Source of the DNA: Amoebophrya sp. A120
Taxonomy: Eukaryota; Protista; Dinoflagellata
Length of the DNA stretch: 32,475 bases
NCBI GenBank assembly: GCA_905178155.1
Contig: CAJINV010000005.1
Coordinates: 1,224,954-1,257,428, forward strand
Direction of reading: 5' to 3'
A program made the translations under genes and the position numbers. The notes below the pieces were generated by a model. It saw only the letters and a list, made by a program, of their open reading frames with translations, made no database searches and was not told the origin of the DNA. Below are positions 22,301-32,475 of this stretch, piece by piece (the stretch's first letter is position 1; every line of letters begins with the position of its first letter).

Positions 22301-24168
22301 TCTTCAACGAGAAATCAGCGAGAGAAGGCGAATATCCAGTGCAAATATGTCTGGGTCTGGAAAGAATGGAATTTGTGATGCCAACCTTCGATGATACAAA
22401 AACCTGTATTGCATGAGCAGCAAACGGCACTCAGTTTTTGCTAGTCTGCGAAAGCATTTTTTCTCATGCAGTATAGGCGTGAGAAAGCCTTCACAAAACC
22501 TGTAATGCTAAAGCATGCATCACCGACATTGCAGGTAAAATTTGCATGGCAAACTCCCCCAATCTTCCAGACCCTGACATATTTGCAATCCATAGCGAAG
22601 GCAGCGAAGCGAGTTTCCTCCTCCTCCACCGTTGTTGTAGCGCCGGACGAAGTATCCGTGTGCAAAAGTATCGTACTCGTATTGCAAACATGCATTACAA
22701 ATCTTTATCGCAAGGTCAATCCGCATTACAAATTTTCTCTCTAATGCTGTAATGCATTTATAAGAGTACGATACTTTTGCAGGTCATACGAAGTAGAGGG
22801 TCCGCCGCGACGAGCGAGACACCAGTTGCCCACACCCGGCGCGATGTCGCAGGGGGGACAGTCGGAAGGTATATTATATTGGGTTTTCTGATACATCAGT
22901 GTCAGTGTCGGCATTCTTCTTGCATGATGACAAGGAGTTGTTCTTGACGTATGCTTGGCATGGAAAATTCAAACACAGCAACCAAAGAACTCAATACATC
23001 TTCAGGTCTCACCGACGATCTTTACAGCTACAGTGTTTTTCTCGCTACCAACGGCGGAACAATCTTGTCTTCCGACGGGAGCAGTTCGACCACCTCCACT
23101 TCTTCCAGTCACACACGAAAGGAAATGCTGCAGCAATCTGTTGTCCCGTTTCAGCACCCTTTTGTCGCGGGTGGCGGTACCACTACAACGTATAGCAGTT
23201 ACGGAGCAAATGCAAATCAAAATCTAATGAACAAAACGCGCCAGCCGCCACCGAAGCCCGGCAGCAGTGCGACGATGAGCAGCAGATCTCGCCACAACAT
23301 GATCATGCCCACAATTAACGACAACGAACTTTCTGGTGAGCAAATTTCCACCGAGAACAATTCTTGCAATAAGCAGAACAGCACTGTGTTGATTTTGAAC
23401 CGCGCTTTGCCACCCAGCACAGTTAACACGTCGTCCAGCGCAAGTGCAACTACTTCCAGCTCCTCTTCCGGTCAGATTCACGACAGCATGATCGTCGATT
23501 CCGGACCACCTGATGATACATCTAAAGAGAAAAAGCTCCTCCTGGTTCCCAGCCGCAACAAGATGCTCTTCGTCACGGGCAAAGCGCCCTACCGCGGACC
23601 GCCGGCCTGTTTCAAAAAACCGCCGGAGCTGATTGGAGTGCCGAAGAGAAGGCCCACGACCGGCTCGACGATCGCAGAATCGTTCAAAAGCTTACTGAAG
23701 ATGAAGAGCAGTACCAGTGCGAACAACGAATCTACCGCGTCACGGACGCGAAGCGCGTCGCCGGGTGCTTCTACTTCTTGCAAGAACGGGGGGAAAAACA
23801 ACAATCAGTTTTTCACCAGCTCCAAGATGAACCGGCAAATTGTCGGGGAGCACAAGCAGGCACAGGAAACAACAGCTTATTCCGCTTGTTGGCGCAGTAG
23901 AACCAAATCATCGCACGAAGACTGCTCTCACCGACGCGACGCTCCTCCCGATGAAGTCTGCCTCCTTGACGAGGAATGGCAGCGGGTTGACGCGTGGTTT
24001 CGGCTACCGCAAGAGCCGACGATTTTGCAGGCGCAGAAGGTGAAGTCGCCCGACGGCGTGTCCGAGCAGTGCTGTGCCGTGGACCGCTTGGCGAGTATAC
24101 CAGTGGAAGTTCACTTCGGGGAACGACCAATAATATCGAGCAAGATGACAACCAATTGCGCTGTTTGA
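16375..24168 (+). CDS. Very large low-complexity (S/N/K/Q/R-rich) hypothetical protein, multi-exon; 5' end uncertain
   Basis: Segments ~16957-19033, 20335-21371, 21528-21570, 21840-22332, 22600-22652, 22794-22868, 23006-24168 join in one frame (GT-AG intron 22869-23005 inferred). The ATG at 16375 is in frame across elements D and E, but a TAA at 16954 needs one more unresolved intron. Confidence 0.6.
16421..16595. mobile_element. Introner family D (175 bp), TSD GGAAG
   Basis: TIR TATCCTACAGAAAAAGACAGGCAGG / CCTGCCTGCTTTTTTCTGTAGGATA; GGAAG at 16416-16420 and 16596-16600. Confidence 0.9.
16650..16887. mobile_element. Introner family E (238 bp), TSD ATGCT
   Basis: TIR TATGCTGTTCTCAACTACTACATTCTCAACTG / CAGTTGAGAGTGTAACAGTTGAGAGCGCCATA; ATGCT at 16645-16649 and 16888-16892. 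Confidence 0.88.
19010..20354. repeat. 44-bp perfect direct repeats (19010-19053, 20311-20354) flanking a 1257-bp repeat-rich insert
   Basis: CTGGCACTGCAGCTGCTACAACAGGTAGAAGTTCCCGATCGAAA occurs twice; a partial third copy lies at ~19067-19084. Confidence 0.9.
19325..19720. repeat. Array of GTGACACGCA / TGCGTGTCAC motifs in direct and inverted orientation
   Basis: More than 15 copies by eye, often paired as GTGACACGCAC-N-TGCGTGTCAC hairpins. Confidence 0.85.
21372..21522. mobile_element. Introner family F (151 bp), TSD CCACG
   Basis: TIR TGCAAAAGTATCGTACT / AGTACGATACTTTTGCA; CCACG at 21367-21371 and 21523-21527. Confidence 0.9.
21571..21834. mobile_element. Introner family A (264 bp, reverse), TSD GCCGT
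   Basis: Near-perfect TIR TATCAAATGCAAAAATGTCTGGGTCTGGAAGAAT; GCCGT at 21566-21570 and 21835-21839. Confidence 0.92.
22333..22594. mobile_element. Introner family A (262 bp), TSD GCGAA
   Basis: GCGAA at 22328-22332 and 22595-22599; join gives EKAKAAKRV. Confidence 0.9.
22653..22788. mobile_element. Introner family F (136 bp, inverted relative to 21372), TSD CGAAG
   Basis: CGAAG at 22648-22652 and 22789-22793; same TIR core as 21372-21522. Confidence 0.9.
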
Positions 24169-25578
24169 TGCGATCTACCTTTGGCTATGCCACGAACTTA
24201 TTGACACTTCCATCTAAGACAGAGTAAGATTAACAACATTTGACCATACCAGCACTAGCACGGCCTTTCTATGGATGCCTTTTGTTTTTTCAAGAAATAA
24301 TCCGACTGTAGTCACGATGAGCTTAGTCTGTGACCGTGTGATAAAAAACCAAGACCAACCCCCTTCTTTCGTTTCCTGTTTCTTGCCCACTTTGAATAAT
24401 TGCTGAAGATTCTACTGTGCTTCGCTTGTGATCCTACTGATATGCTACATCTTCATCCAATCTGAACATTCTTGCGCCAGCCAACACGTATTCAAAATTT
24501 CTTGCCTATTGACACGTATAAGTTCAAGTCTGAGTCAGCATCGAGTCGGGTTAGTTTTTACTTCGTCTTGCTTATTGAAAGAAAATCTTACCTTCAGGTA
24601 TGTCGCAACATTTCTACTAACAGCCTGTCTTGTCATACAGTCTTACAACATCTTGAATTCTCGAAATTCACGGCAGATGAGGTGGCGCCATGACATTGTT
24701 TCTTTGAATTTTTACAAATTGTCTTTTGTCACTTGATAATATGCCAGTGCCATCATCTTATTTATCCATTTATTTTCGCTCAGGAACAGAGCTATCGTAC
24801 CCACAGACAAGAACCCACGTTCCGACTTCTTGTTGGTAGCAGCCCTCTGCAAGAATGAAGGTGAAACGTCGGCTTCCAACCGTAGCTCGTTCGCCTCAAT
24901 AGAAGTATTTTCGTCCTGCTTCAGCTAACTCAATACAAGCCCGAGGTAGTACTCCCACCTGCACTTCTGCAACGGGCGAGAACAAAGCTCGTCTTCATCA
25001 CCAGGCCAACAAAATAAGTAGATCCTCCTCAGCGCTTCAGAAAAAATTAAACTCTAGTCCCGCCTTTGAATAAAAAGTTGATATCAGCTACACCGGGGCT
25101 GAACTTTTTATATTTTCCGGACAATTACTATCTGAACGTGAACACAGATAAAGATAGACTCTATCTTGCGCAATAAGTAATTCATTTTTTACCTCGCAAA
25201 GGAGCTGTACTGTTGTCCACGTGAAATTAATTGTAAATTATCCAAGATTACGAGGTTGGTGCCTTTGTTTACCGAATCTGGTTCAGACGGTGTTGGAACG
25301 CAAGCAAATCAGGTGTTCGCTGTGACTGTGGCATGGCACCATCTTCAACCGCTTCAACCGCAACCCGGGCACTATCGACGACGCGACGAAGTCAAAAGGA
25401 GAAGGAAAGAAAGAGCGAGTTTTTGAGAGTAAGACGGACGGATATTGTCGTCGCATTATATACCATTGGCATTGATTAAGTAACAAGTTGACGAGCAATT
25501 TTGATGTGTCGGAGTTTATGCTCCATCTTGTTTTTCTACTTCTTGACTGATTAGCACAGTATCGAAAACTGAATCAAA

Positions 25579-28500
25579 ATGCCAAGCATCGCCGTGGGAA
25601 AGTATCTTTTGCACACTGAGGTGCGCCTTGGTTCCGGCGGGTTTGGCGAGGTCCACGCAGCGAGTCGGCGCGGCAGTGTGGAGACCGAAGACTTGGCGAT
25701 AAAAGTCGGGAACCGAAGAGGGCTGAATTCCAAGAACAAATTGAGAAACACCTGCGACACGAACGAGTTGCACATTTTGCAATCGATAAAACACCCAAAC
25801 ATCGTCGAGCTCTGCGACCACTTCGTCGCGGACCATGGACGCTTGCACTTGGTCATGCGCCGGGCAGCGGGGGACTTGACTGTCATGGTCAGTCAGCACC
25901 ACAGTTGTAGTTCATCGTCCTCTTGTGATCTTCATACAGCGACATCACGACCGAGTACAACTACAGCCGCTCCTTCCTCCGCTGCCACGACGTTCGACGA
26001 CTACGACCAGTGGAATTGCAGCCTGCAGATTTGCCTGGGCCTGGAATTCCTGCACAACAAGAACATCCTGCATCGGGACTTGAAGCCGGAGAATATTCTG
26101 TTCTTCAAGGGCGCCGGCTCGGGGGTCAACGGCAGTCGCAGTTTAGTCTGGAAACTGGCAGTATCAAATGCAAATATCATGTCTGGGTCCTCTGGAACTT
26201 TGTGATGCTAAAATGTGCATGATGATGATGAAAAGACATCCTTATGCTCGAACACATGACAAGTTTACAGAATGCTTTCTTTAATACAAAGTCCGCATAA
26301 GAAACTGCGTTTTTGTACGACGTGAGAGGCTGCCACTTTTGTTGGTCACGCGATACAGATTTCACAGGAAAAATGTAAGACCAGCATTACAAGTTCCAAC
26401 TTCGCAGACCCAGACCTATTTGCGTTTGATAGGCAGACTTCGGGATTGGGAAGGAGGTCGACTGCGCCCACGTGGCGCAGTATCGTAAAGAAAAATCCCC
26501 CCTCCCCATATCGAAAAGGATTGTTTCCGAAAATTTGTGTTGCTGATTTGAGGTCACAAATCACATTTGTCGTGCAAGAAGACAAGGGCAGAAGCTTCCG
26601 TCCCACTATGGAAGCGATTTGTCATGCTGTTGGGCCTAAAGGTGAGCCGTTTGCCGTGCTGCACAACTAGACCCATACGCCCCTATCTAGCCTGGGGGTC
26701 TGGCCGCAATGCCTCTCGGCAATACAAACCTGATTTGTGTACACGAATCCAGCATCAGAAATTCCGTTTTGATATGCGGGGGGGGATTTTTCCTTTCGAT
26801 ACGCAGACGCACACGGTCTGCGGGACCCACTTGTACATGGCGCCGGAGGTTCTGCGCGGGGACCGGTACTTCGCGGCGGCCGACCTGTGGAGCTTGGGGG
26901 CGGTGCTGCACTACGTGCGGTTTGGAAAGTATAAACTGCGTTCGTTTTTGAGTTATTTGATAGTACTGGCATTGGATCATTCTTCATCTACTTCTAAGCG
27001 TCGTGATCTTGCGCATTGTTCTCTCAATCTCGTCGTCCTGGTGGTCACAAGTGGAATTATGCAAAAAACGTTCGTGAAGATTCACTACCACTTGTTGTCA
27101 AAAATTATCCACCCAGGGTTCTCTTCACCACCCCGGCCCAAGTCCTTCTCTGGAGCACTTCGAACGAGCTCGACGATTTCCCGGGCAAGAACACCCTCCA
27201 CGCCGACATGTCGCAGCGGGTTAAATTGAAGACGGTTCTGTCGGAAATTACCTCAAACGCCAAAACCATGTCCCACCCCAACAAATTGATCTCCTCCGCT
27301 CCCGCGGAGGTTTTAGAGGCGTACTTCTCCAGCAACACCGCGTCGCAGAAGTTCTGGTCCAGTAACGCGGGCAACGAAATCATGCTGGATATCGTCCAGG
27401 AAAAATCCCCTCTCCCCATATCGAGACGAAGTTTCTGATGCTGGATTTCCGGACACAAATGCGCGCTGTCTTGCAGTAAAGCATCGCAGCCAAATCCTCA
27501 GCCTAGGTAGGGGCGTTTGGGGGTCTAGTTGTTCACGTTTGGGTCTAGTAGTTGTTTAGCATTTTTACAAACGGCTGTCCCCGACTAGGCCCAACAGCAT
27601 CCATGCCAAATCGCTCCCATAATGGCCGCGCGGAAGCGTCTGCACTTGTCTTCTACTAACTTGCAAGACAGACGTGATTTTTTGTGGTCTCAAAAGAGCA
27701 GCACATCATACCGCTTCGATATGGGGAGGGAGGATAGGGATTTTTCTTTTTGATACTGGAGTGCCGACCGGAAGCGAGAAACGCAGTGCTCAGGAACCTA
27801 CCGTCGATCATCGCGAGCTGCACCAGGAGTTTGCGGGGCAGCAGTTCCGGCAGTAAGTTGAACAAACTTGTAGCGCCGGGTGGATCGGGCAGAAGTAGTA
27901 GTTCATCTTCCGGCTTGCGACGAAGCCGTGAGAAACAGAACATCAAAAGGGACAACAAAAACAATCAAAACCACACCGACGCCGAAGACGAGGAGGTCGA
28001 CCACATGAAGAGCGTCAGTGAAAACGACGAAGAGATGAGCGGAGACCGGGAAATGGACTCCGAGACCGAGGACGCACATTCGGAGGTGAACAGCACCGTG
28101 GTTGGGCAACCGGACCAGCCACCCGCACTGTCGTCCCTTCCCGTCGAGAATTCATCGGCCACGAAAAAGCAGAAACGCGGGCCGTTCCCCTTTTTCCTCT
28201 TCCGATTCCTGTGTATAAATCGCAAAGACCAAGAGGCGTTACATTTACTTGACTACGCCGACTCCGTGTACGATCTGAAAGTGTGTGTCCCGGTATTTGC
28301 GGCCGCCTTCGGACGGCTCATGACCGAGAAGTTGTGGGCAGGTAAGTACGTGGTTTGTAATGCGGTTCCGCATTGAGTGTGAGTTTGTGTTTGAGTTGCA
28401 ATGTTGTTGCTTCGTCCAGCTGTGGACGAGGAATTTGCACCGCTCCCCTTTCAGATTCAAATTGCTCTCCAAATAAGGTCTCCATTCTCACAAGCAGTGG

Positions 28501-28709
28501 CTTTCTTCCTGGCGTGTTCAGTGGCGGCCGGACGAAATGGGCGGGGGCTGCACCATCGAGAAAACGCAGCCGGCTGCGTTTCTGAACAACAGCAAGGCGG
28601 TTTCTGGCTGGACGCGAAAAGCATCAGTTTAAGTTTTTGCTGCAGCCGATCTGCTCCGTGTAGTGCACGTCGTGTGCCTGGCACAGAGGTCAGCTCTTTT
28701 ATGAAGTAA
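25579..28709 (+). CDS. Ser/Thr protein kinase, split by three TIR elements and two GT-AG introns
   Basis: GSGGFGEV, LAIK, HPNIV, HRDLKPEN. Exons 25579-26161, 26437-26480, 26807-26928, 27117-27389, 27761-28341, 28420-28709 give KLADFGIG, TVCGTHLYMAPE, DLWSLG and MLECRPEAR. Canonical introns 26929-27116 and 28342-28419. Confidence 0.9.
26162..26431. mobile_element. Introner family A (270 bp, reverse), TSD GGCAG, at the DFG motif
   Basis: GGCAG at 26157-26161 and 26432-26436; removal gives K-L-A-D-F-G. Confidence 0.93.
26481..26801. mobile_element. Introner family B (321 bp, inverted relative to 10688), TSD CGCAG
   Basis: CGCAG at 26476-26480 and 26802-26806; removal restores the activation loop VAQTHTVCGT. 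Confidence 0.93.
27390..27755. mobile_element. Introner family B (366 bp, diverged), TSD CTGGA
   Basis: CTGGA at 27385-27389 and 27756-27760; removal gives the kinase subdomain XI-like IMLECRPEAR. Confidence 0.9.
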
Positions 28710-29747
28710 GTAGAGAGAATCCAGGTTCTTATATGTTGCTGAATACTTGATGTTGATAAATACCGATAAATGAGAACAATTCTGGTTTTATGCCAACACC
28801 CTCCAAGCTTTTTGCTATACTTAATTTCACTTTTTGAAATCAAGTTAGTTATTTCTACTCTCGTTTCATGCTTTGCTAGCATTGGTACTATCTCCGCAGG
28901 AAAGTGTTGGCCAGCAGTATCGTTTTCATAAACGATTCACGCCAATAGTAATAGAGATGTGTTTGGGCTCTTGAGCGCACTGTGTATGTGTGGCGCTTTT
29001 TTCCCCAACCAAGCTCAAATTTATTCGATGGCCAAAAAACAAAAACCCTGCACGACAAGTGAAAACAGAACTACTTCTTTCCAGCTTATCTAAGGACGGC
29101 GCGGCTGCTAATGTTTCAACGAGAACGCCAAGACACAACAAATTGAACGGCTTCCATTGAGAGAAAAATAAGTACACAGCGACAGTTTTCAACCGAGCCA
29201 CGTCAACGCGTTCAACGGGGGTAAAGATAACGAGCGAATCATCTGTCACCGATCAGTAATTTATTTCGGTCAGAAGTCTCACTCACTCTCGCAGACGCAG
29301 TTTTTTTGTGTTGCAGCTCAAGTGACGACTTGGGGAATTTACTGTGCACAACTTGAACTTCGGTCAATGCTTTTTGTGCCCGAGAAAAGTTATACTTCTA
29401 TCTGCAAGTAGAAGTAGTAGCTTTGTTAGAGCAGGGGGGTTTTGCTTCTGCAAAAGCTATGCTATTGAACTCCACATCATTCTTGAGGTCGAAGTTTCAC
29501 GCTGAGATCTAACGTTTTATCTGCAGGCCCAGTAGTTGGAAAGCGAAAAAGCAACGACGCGCTAAACAAGTACAAAACCGATCAACGCTCGCAAAGCAAC
29601 GATCGACATTTCCCACAGTAATTTTCCCTAGAAGCCTACTCGTTGCACCTAAGACTTAGAGGAACTATTTCAGCTTCACCTCGCGGCCTGGAAGTAGTAA
29701 CAGACCACAATAAAGTAGTAAGCGAAATCCAAATCGCAAAATAAATC

Positions 29748-29894
29748 ATGGCCGCTCCCGACAGCACCTTCGTCATTTTTGGCGGCTTGGGACGCCAGGG
29801 CGGTTCCGTGGCCGAGGCGCTTGGCAAGGAATTCCCGGAGGGCAAAATCAAACTCGTCACCCGTGGGGACCCGAAATCGGAGAAGGCGATGAAG
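29748..29894 (+). pseudogene. NmrA-like NAD(P)-binding protein, N-terminal exon only
   Basis: FVIFGGLGRQGGSVAEAL...KLVTRGDPKSEKA is a typical NmrA N-terminus; no continuation is visible after the element at 29895. Confidence 0.6.
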
Positions 29895-30165
29895 TATCAA
29901 TTTGTAAAAGTGTCTGGGTCTGGAAGAATGTTGCGCGATTTGTCATGCAGCTTTCCAATGACCCATGAAGGCTGGAATGCAGGACCTAGCATGACAGATT
30001 CTGTGCGATCTCTCTCATGCCTATCCTGCATGAGAAACTCCCTCCCGACTGGACTTGGTCAAAACTGGACGACTTTATAGTAATCACGCAACACAGATTT
30101 TTGCATGCTTCAGATTTAGCATGACAAGTTGCATTCTTCCAGACCCAGACACTTTTACATTTGAT
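29895..30165. mobile_element. Introner family A (reverse) with disrupted right junction
   Basis: Near-perfect TIR to ...TACATTTGAT; the expected A+TGAAG is replaced by TTAGGCTG-TGAAG. Confidence 0.85.
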
Positions 30166-30565
30166 TTAGGCTGTGAAGGATCGCCAAAGATACGATCTCA
30201 GACGAATGAATTTGCGATGCCCGCATGTAAAATGAAAACGTAAATCTAGACTGTTGTTCTTGTGATCGCAGAGATCACTCGGGTAGCCCTGCTGGTTCGT
30301 ACGTTGAATCAGTAGCACCGGAGCCCCACCGGTGCCCGCGTTGGCTAGGGATTGATCTGAGAGATTAGAGCGTTGAGTGAGCGCTCTGCTGATTGAGCGC
30401 GATTTGCACGTGCTGCATGAGAGGAGCGCGTTTTTTTCTCACTGCAACGAGTGCAGTTTCACTTGATCGAGCGATCTTGAGGTGATGTGGATTAGAAGTA
30501 CTAAGTGGCCGCCACATTCATCTTCCCTCACAAATCGATACCATAGGATTGAAATTGAAACCAAG

Positions 30566-31968
30566 ATGGGAGACAGCGGAACAGAAGGCGCTGGCGCGGC
30601 TGCGGGCGCAGGAGCCGCACCGCAACTACCGCTGACAGCCAAGCAGCAAGCACAAGCCAGCACTGACTCCCTGACGCATACGGTACTCGAACCGACGAGC
30701 GCAGACTTCACCATGATCACGCAAGTCGACGTCTACGACCAGAAAAAATTGACGCAGGAGCTAGAAGCCGAGTGCATTGAACAAGGCATCGCCCTCGTGG
30801 TTACAGCAGCAGACGAAGCAGCGTTCACGGACTACCAGAAGACTCTGCACAAGAAAAGGATCCAAGCGCGGAAAGATCTAGTCGACAAAGAGCTCCTTTT
30901 GCGCATGGTGCAGATGGCCGACGGCCAGCGTAAGGGCATCGAGAAGATGGAGTCCGAGCTGAAAGCAAAAAAGTCACAAGAAATCCTTCTCGAGCGAGCA
31001 AAGAAACTTGCGGAAGACAAGAAGGAAGAATTGCTAGCACAACTGCACACCATTGGTACGGACAAGACCACGCTGGAAGAGCAGATGGAGGAGACGAAAC
31101 AAAAGTACAAGGAGGAAATCGACAAAGTAGGATGCTGCGTGTGTACGAGGAAGTTCAAACGAGCGGAAATGCAGAGACGACCAGCCATCATCTGCGACAG
31201 ATGCGATGCAGCCGCGGTATGCGCCGGCTGCGCGACAACCAGAATCCCAGCGACAAGAGTCATCTTCCCGAGCGCCACGAGCAAGTGCTGCCAGTTTTGT
31301 GAACAAGTCGATTTACTCGCTGGCGGTGCCGAGCTGAAGCCGGTGATCCGAGAACTGAGCGGACAACTAACCGACGAAACGATCCAAGGTAAGAACATTT
31401 GCTAACGAACATAATTGACACTGCATAGACATGAATCTGACCCGATGGCGTGTTTGTTTATTGTGGAAAACAATACTCAGATATCGCCTTGGCCTGCAAT
31501 TTCGCCGTCGTCTGTGCACGAGCGCGAAGTTCTGCGGGTGCGGCTGAGCAGCTCTTGCTGGCGCAGCAGGCCATCAAGTACCCGCTCTTGCCGGCGTTTC
31601 AGAAACAACTTAAGGAAAGCGAGTCCTCGGTTGTTCTGTCATACGCAAAAGAAGCGAGAAAGAGTCGAGAAGCAGTAGCCGCAGCGGACGACATGTTTGG
31701 CAGTTCCGAAGCCTTGAAAAGCTTGGCGAAAGACGCCATCACGAAAACGAGGCGACGCTTACCATTCGGGGTGAGTTTAGGAATCAAGGACAGTAAAGAC
31801 GACCACGTCGCGAAGCAATTCGATGGTAAAACTTCGCTGGACTCGTTCACCAAAGTCTACCAGGACATGCGGAGCTTCTACCTGCAGAAGCAAGGACTTT
31901 TTGGATCAGAAGACACCAAGACACTAGCGATTGCATTAATAGCAGAGAAATTTATAGACAGGGAGTAG
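30566..31968 (+). CDS. Coiled-coil + RING-like zinc-finger protein, two exons
   Basis: Exons 30566-31388 and 31481-31968; GTAAG...CTGAC...CTCAG intron 31389-31480 preserves the frame; CCVC...P..ICDRC...CAGC...CQFC after an E/K-rich heptad region. Confidence 0.7.
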
Positions 31969-32003
31969 GGAGGACCCTGGAGGACCAGGGAGGACCAGGG
32001 AGG
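31969..32003. repeat. 10-bp tandem repeat GGAGGACC(A/C)(G/T) x3.5 right after the stop codon
   Basis: ggaggaccct ggaggaccag ggaggaccag ggagg. Confidence 0.8.
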
Positions 32004-32157
32004 AGCGTTCGCGTCTATATAGAAAAAGCATCGGGCATTTTTTAAAAATGTGTTCACCGATGGCATGGCGAACTTTCAAGCCAAGGCCCCTTCAGCTTTC
32101 TGATAGCCATACCAATAACAACTGCGTGACGAAATTGAACAGCGACGCAGTAAATTG

Positions 32158-32418
32158 CTGAAGTAGCCACTTCAACAGTTTGCGTTGTTGTTCAGTTTAC
32201 AACTTGTCACGCAGTTGTTATGGAGGTGGCTACTTCAATTCGCACAGGCAAACTGTTGAAGTTGCCACTTCAAAAACTTGCGCTGTGCAAATTTTTGAAG
32301 TAGTCACTTCAACAATTTGCGTTCTTGTTGTTGTTCGGCTTGGGTTTGCAACGTGTCACGCAGCTTGTGTTGAAGTGGCTACTTCAACTTCGCGGAGAGT
32401 TGAGGTAGCCATTTGAAT
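32158..32418. repeat. Array of six palindromes, consensus TTGAAGT-N4-ACTTCAA
   Basis: Copies near 32159, 32222, 32256, 32295, 32370 and 32400, irregularly spaced. Confidence 0.85.
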
Positions 32419-32475
32419 AGCAAGCGCATGACAAATTGCCACAATAGTGACAATTTATTGAAATTGAACAAAAAT

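Noticed and set aside
24440-25010. Stop-interrupted minus-strand frame (DEDELCSRPLQKCRWEYY...)
   Set aside because: No recognisable domain and several stops; cannot be told apart from chance.
7542-30243. Recurring short ORFs with 'MSGSGR', 'ILPDPD', 'CLGLE' or 'KNPPSPYR' peptides
   Set aside because: These are translations of family A and B TIRs, not a protein family.
30172-30520. Possible LTR starting TG at 30172
   Set aside because: No second LTR, primer-binding site or gag-pol motifs in the window.
701-31853. Numerous minus-strand ORFs in the track
   Set aside because: They are antisense shadows of GC-rich + strand coding sequence or of repeats, with no motifs.
32405-32414. GTAGCCATTT match to the dinoflagellate spliced leader
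   Set aside because: Only 10 nt, and it is a variant of the local GAAGTAGCCACTTC repeat; the TGGCTCAAG tail is absent.
32158-32418. CRISPR-like array of palindromic repeats
   Set aside because: Repeats are short, degenerate, in mixed orientation and irregularly spaced; the context is eukaryotic and no cas genes are present.

Overview
Eukaryotic genomic DNA, most consistent with a syndinian dinoflagellate such as Amoebophrya. This is inferred from co-oriented genes and TIR/direct-repeat non-canonical introns; no database was searched. (1) Positions 1-5400 hold a ~5.0 kb intronless three-ORF unit encoding a tyrosine recombinase (YR), with 2-395 repeated at 5007-5400. It looks like a head-to-tail tandem or long-direct-repeat Crypton/DIRS-like element with no visible RT. 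(2) Box C/D snoRNA candidates follow, including a U49/SNORD49-like guide. (3) The + strand host genes are a PC-esterase/TBL-like SGNH protein, a 2OG-Fe(II) oxygenase-like protein, a PhyH-like dioxygenase, a very large low-complexity protein, a Ser/Thr kinase, an NmrA-like fragment and a coiled-coil/RING-like protein. (4) The ORFs look fragmented because they carry 16 short TIR elements from 6 families with TAT...ATA-type ends (15 with a recognisable 5-bp target duplication), plus one 836-bp element with a 6-bp duplication. Removing an element plus one duplication restores the frame and rebuilds catalytic motifs (KLADFG, GTHLYMAPE, VNIW). None of these precise removals has GT-AG ends, and copies occur in both orientations, which fits transposon-derived non-canonical introns (introners). 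A separate 1.3 kb insert between 44-bp direct repeats can be removed as a GT-AG intron. All exon joins were worked out by hand and lack transcript support.
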